From Nymphaea colorata (lineage: Eukaryota): DNA of 64,000 nt. Below are positions 60,801 through 64,000 of this stretch, piece by piece (the first letter of the stretch is position 1; each line of letters begins with the position of its first letter). The translations under genes and the position numbers were made by a program. The stretch lies in the NCBI RefSeq assembly GCF_008831285.2, contig NC_045138.2:43338001-43402000 (forward strand). The letters are read 5' to 3'. The notes beneath the pieces were generated by a model. It saw nothing but the letters and a program-made list of their open reading frames with translations. It ran no database searches and was not told the DNA's origin.

Positions 60801-62482
60801 GCACAACTACCCACTGTGCAAACATTTGTATCATTGCCCGCGGCAATGGGTATTCAATAAACATAACATTCACATTCATCATCATAACAATCACATCTTT
60901 GAAAACTTAGCCAAACCACAGAAAGTAGTCTCAATCTGTGGTGGGCTCGTAGCTGTCCTATGCAGTTATCATGCTAGAATGCTTTCTAATGCACAATTGG
61001 GGTCGAGGAGACACTCGACTCGATACCCCGCCTCATCTGTCCTAAACAGTTATCAATTCTAGCATGCACATGCAATGCGTAACATTATCAAAACAATTAC
61101 TATAAGCCTTTCAAAACAATTCATATCATATATCAATTTATGTACATGCATACACATATTCATTCACGGAACACTCAATCAATTCATTTCACAAATCCTA
61201 GGATCCCATGATCCTAGGAACACACATTCATTCACTTGCCCAGGCAGGGATTTGCCTGGAATGTCGCCATACCTGTGGCGCGTTCACAAGAATCTTCAAA
61301 ATGCCTCGAGCTTCGAATCCGGTAACTCAAGGTCGACGGGACGTACCCGGTGAACCTGCAGACACCAACACAAGATAAGATTCCTACTACAAACCTCAAC
61401 AATTCAAACAAAAACAAAACAAGGTCATTGAGGCATGCGTCATCGCCTCAAGAGGGTGTCGACGGGTAGTGTCGACCCACAAGTTCTCCAATAGGGTCAC
61501 TTCCCACTCCTAGCCGTGCCAATAGATGCCAAAACTCAAAGCCATCAATCCGTCTATCACTAACGCCTTTCTCAAAATTCCCTTTTTCTTAAATCAAGGC
61601 GTCTACCCCAAAGATATTTCCAACTTATGTACGTTATCCCTATTTAACTCCAAGATGCACCCGTTCACAAAAACGCGTGCTACAGGCTCACTAAAACGGT
61701 CCTAAATCTTCCCCACAACCTCACAAACTCTACCATGTCTCCCCTAATGCTTCGAAAATTAATCTATCATGCTTAAATGATCATCCAAAATATGAATCTT
61801 CGCTTCCCAACATAATCGCAAGCTTTCCCCAAAAACGAAATCACTAACATGTGTTCCAAATAATCAATTCAAAGCTCTAGCATGCTCAACCAATAATTAT
61901 GAGCGTTCCAAAAAGAAATATATCATAAAATAGGTTCAATTTCACCTTGCTCACCCCGATTGAAGGTCTAAACTGCTGTAATCCTCCCGGCAGCCACCTC
62001 ACGCGTCCAAGTGGTCCCCAAACGGCTAAAATCCTCCAATGCCGCCACTACCAAGGCCTTCTCTAATTGCTGTTACGAGGGGGAAGACAAATCCCCAAGC
62101 TGAAAACGGATCCAACAGTGATAGCACAGTGAAAATCAGTGAGAGAAAGTACTTGATTGGAGAAAAATCGAAAACGAGCAGAAAATGGGGAGAGGGTTCG
62201 GTCAAAAGGGGAAAAGAAGGCAGTGAGGGGAGAGGACGGGAGAGAAGAGAGAGAGACGGTGGAGAGTGAGACGAGTGACAGTGGGAGAGGGAGAGTCGTT
62301 CGGTGGAGAGGGGAGACGAGAGACAGTGGGAAAGGGAGGGTCGTTCGGTGGAGAGGGGAGACGAGAGACAGTGGGAGAGGGAGAAGGGAAAGAAAACGGG
62401 AAGGAGAAGAAAAGAGAAGAGAGGAAGAGGCAAGGGACGACAGGGTTCACCTCAACGCCGCCGTCGTCGCCGCCGCCGCCGC

Positions 62483-62514
<32 letters not shown>

Positions 62515-62714
62515 CCGTCGCCGTCGCCGCCGCCGCCGTCGCCGTCGCCTTCTTCCCTGAGCTCCGGTCGTGGGTAAGGAAGAGACGGTAAGAGGAAAGC
62601 GAAGGAGAAGAGAATGCGAGGGAGGAGGGACAGCGTCGGGCTCCTCTCGCGTGGGGCTAGGGTCCGGGTCTGGACCCTGACCCGACCCGCTCCGCCCAAA
62701 CGCCGCGCGTTACA
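51809..62714 (-). mobile_element. Ty3/Gypsy chromovirus (Tekay/Del-like), full length and young
   Basis: LTRs 51809-54795 (2987 bp) and 59690-62714 (3025 bp), nearly identical; TSD GCAAT at 51804-51808 and 62715-62719; PBS 59674-59685; PPT about 54796-54810. Confidence 0.97.
54844..59454 (-). CDS. Gypsy gag-pol polyprotein (gag, zinc knuckle, protease, RT, RNase H, integrase, chromodomain), uninterrupted
   Basis: [53 protein letters not shown]...STWEPE; first ATG at 59454. Confidence 0.95.
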   Translation of the reverse strand: MEYHRKGKKRAGPSTEAQREPSPAHSDAHTPRDDSTSGHQYAQLGGGAQTPLRQTPPVDQQSILLTTLQTLTSLVQSMVSNQRSNASPSRDTTAPLKEKASAVSFQQFMAMQPPIFSGGCSHDKAKQWIEEVERIFVLLKMPEEDKVNYGTYLLKGDAMDWWKSTLEIRYAGQPSISWKQFRDSFLNTYYPVHARDKNMQEFLDLQQNQMSLEEYITRYRHLEAYCPHFYTTDGARAGKFVRGLREGLRTKVLTSRPRDLDEAVTMARCIEEDWARTQKDHQKKASQHSQGGRTQVKRHHFAGRTRPYERRDDRTFRRNQPTRSEATQGSVATPTSQRCPTCSRVHPGKPCYREIGACLHCGRMGHFIKDCPLRKERELKKPEAGPSSARQTTGRVYATTVEELQAHDLVEGTLLVGSHIARVLFDAGATHSFISSRFATSLEVPVRKMPYVLKVVSPMHAQESCSEYLSDVDVEIHQHHLPAQLVIMSFNEFDVILGMDWLYAHYANIDCRKKQIQLLTDEMQPVEFHARKASRTDKIMVSALKAKRLIENGSVAFLVNVLTNEPEPVRLPDVAIVSEYPDVFPEELSSLPPTREVEFKIELSPGTAPISKAPYRMAPAELEELRKQLQELLDKGFIRPSVSPWGAPVLFVKKKDGTMRLCIDYRMLNQITIKNKYPLPRIEDLFDQLKDAKVFSKIDLRTGYHQLLIREEDVAKTAFRTRYGHYEFRVMPFGLTNAPAAFMDLMNRVFQEFLDRFVIVFVDDILVYSESVTEHRDHLRSVLGLLRKHKLYAKYSKCEFWLEKVNFLGHVISKDGVSVDPAKVSAVQDWRTPCSVTEVRSFLGLAGYYRRFIQDFSKIATPMTKLLRKGVKFIWNEECERSFQTLKDKLTAAPILTLPSGHSGFVLYTDASGIGYGCVLMQNGRVVAYASRQLKTHEQHYPTHDLELGAVVFALKIWRHYLYGATFEVFTDHKSLKYIFSQSDLNLRQRRWIEYLKDYDFTISYHPGKANVVADALSRQAKATMYCMLACSWNLLQDVIAWQPYLCGENKATMSAVIQHPLMEELVLKQKEDPDFAKNVEECKKVDAFWHQDEEGSLWFRHRLWVPREEGVKRRLLDEAHKSKFSIHPGSTKMFQDMKRNFWWPGMKREIAEYVAKCLVCQQVKAEHQRPGGLLQRIDIPVWKWEDITMDFVVGLPHTRRQHDAIWVIVDRLTKSAHFLSIRINQSLESLAELYIGEIVRLHGVPRSIISDRDPRFTSRFWGHLQKALGTKLKLSTAFHPQTDGQSERTIQTLEDMLRACVLEWKGEWDKHVKLAEFAYNNSYHSSIGMAPFEALYGRPCRSPACWTELGDGKIENPLVLQHYTDQVQLIRKKLLTAQSRQKSYADIRRRELTFEVGDHVFLKISPTRGVFRFGVKGKLSPRFVGPFEILEKIGEVAYRLALPPDWSHVHDVFHVSMLRKYVPDPTHVIDFQGIQVQDDLTMEEKPIRIVDRREQVLRTKRIPLVKVEWQYHGLKESTWEPEEDVRKRYPHLFLH

Positions 62715-62989
62715 GCAATGCCGGTTGATCTAGTGCCCAGGAGGCGTGACCTGACCTCTCCCACCCAGAAAGGTGTGACTTGATTTGATTTGTGGCCCAA
62801 AAAGGCATAAACAGTTGATGTTGATGACTGAAGGCCCAAGATGAGAGACGATTTGTAGGAGTGTCGAAATTATTAATTATATTAAAGTGATGCACTTTTG
62901 ATTATGGCACTTTTATTCGTTGGTGAAGATCATGAGTCATGCAGAACATACTATCATCACTTCACATGCCCTGTGTTGAGCTTCTATGG

Positions 62990-63320
62990 TTGAGCTCTCA
63001 TCTCATCTGCAGTGCCTCCAAAGTATAAATAAAAATTCACCAATGAATGTGATGTCTCCCACCATATTAGTTACAAATTGCTTCTCCACAGGTTCTCTAA
63101 GATGTCTTGCTCGCTTAGGAAGACCAAGGATATCTGTGAACTCATCCATGACTATTTGCCCCATCGGAACCAGAAGGTGGAGGTGAATGGGTTTCACCAC
63201 TTTGCCAAAGTTTGTATGAGGTTTCCATTCACCACTAGCAAAGCTGATAGAGCAATTGTCTCCAACCCATAATCATCTAAGTGATATGGAAACACCATCA
63301 AGAACTGCTCTCGTAAGTTT
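62990..63320 (-). pseudogene. degenerate plant mobile domain (PMD)-like ORF, Ogre ORF1-type or MULE-associated
   Basis: LSALLVVNGNLIQTLAKW*NPFTSTFWFRWG, then after a frameshift MDEFTDILGLP; resembles the PMD motif LxxLxxxWxPxTxTFxFxxGExxxTxxDxxxILGLP. Confidence 0.6.
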
Positions 63321-64000
63321 GGGGCATGAGTTGATCAATGGGAATGGACTTAGTATATGGGTCTCCATGGAGGATGGTGTTAAGCATAGTGACTATAAGA
63401 CTACAATAGATGGGGATCAGACTTAAACACAATAGATCAATACACAATAGTGAAGAGACAATGCGTACCTGGGTCAACCCAATAGGAGGTTCAGACAACA
63501 TAATGAACATGTTTGACCAAGTTAGGGTGAAGAGACATCCTATGGTTGACTTCTAGGGATTGGATCAAGCATTTAAGGTCTTTGGACAACTTTGATAGGA
63601 GGGGAAACCATCACTTTTCAATGCACATCCAGGTTCTTAATGACAGATCATGAGATACATCAAGCATACTTCACACAGACTTTCAAGCAACACTCCCTTA
63701 ACACTCTTTCATACAATTTTGAAAAAGAAGGGCTTGGACTCCTAAATCAAGTCACATAGGGTTCCATATCAGTGTCACTTTCATAACATGTTATACCTAT
63801 ATACCTTGATTAGATCTAGAATGCAAGGCATAGACTCCTCCATATGAGTTCTATGGTTTTGGTTTCATTGTTTTCCTTGGTCACTTACTAATATACCAGG
63901 CTACTACTCAATACAGGTAAGGGGAGCCTTTGACCAACTCCATAGGCTGGTTCAGCTGTTGAATCCCCTCCCTTGGCTATTGCACATAGGGAGAATGAAA

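Overview
Plant (angiosperm) nuclear DNA dominated by transposable elements. One host gene is supported: a minus-strand tRNA pseudouridine(38/39) synthase (PUS3/Deg1 type, TruA family). Six of its exons lie between 38699 and 4771, they splice in frame, and the gene continues off the left edge. Its 7-14 kb introns hold: a non-autonomous LTR element (5213-9354) that carries apparent host-gene fragments and a nested solo LTR; a near-intact Copia (9930-15106); a non-autonomous hAT element (17146-18264); a probable endogenous caulimovirid fragment (about 18780-19510); an old truncated Copia with a younger Copia nested in it (22179-27689); and a degenerate Copia (31858-36570). Upstream of the gene are two diverged, inverted ~4.3 kb LTR-like sequences, a young intact Ty3/Gypsy chromovirus (Tekay/Del-like, 51809-62714, ~3 kb LTRs) and a degenerate PMD-like ORF. 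No rRNA, tRNA or CRISPR was found. Protein family calls rest on motif recognition from memory, not on database searches.
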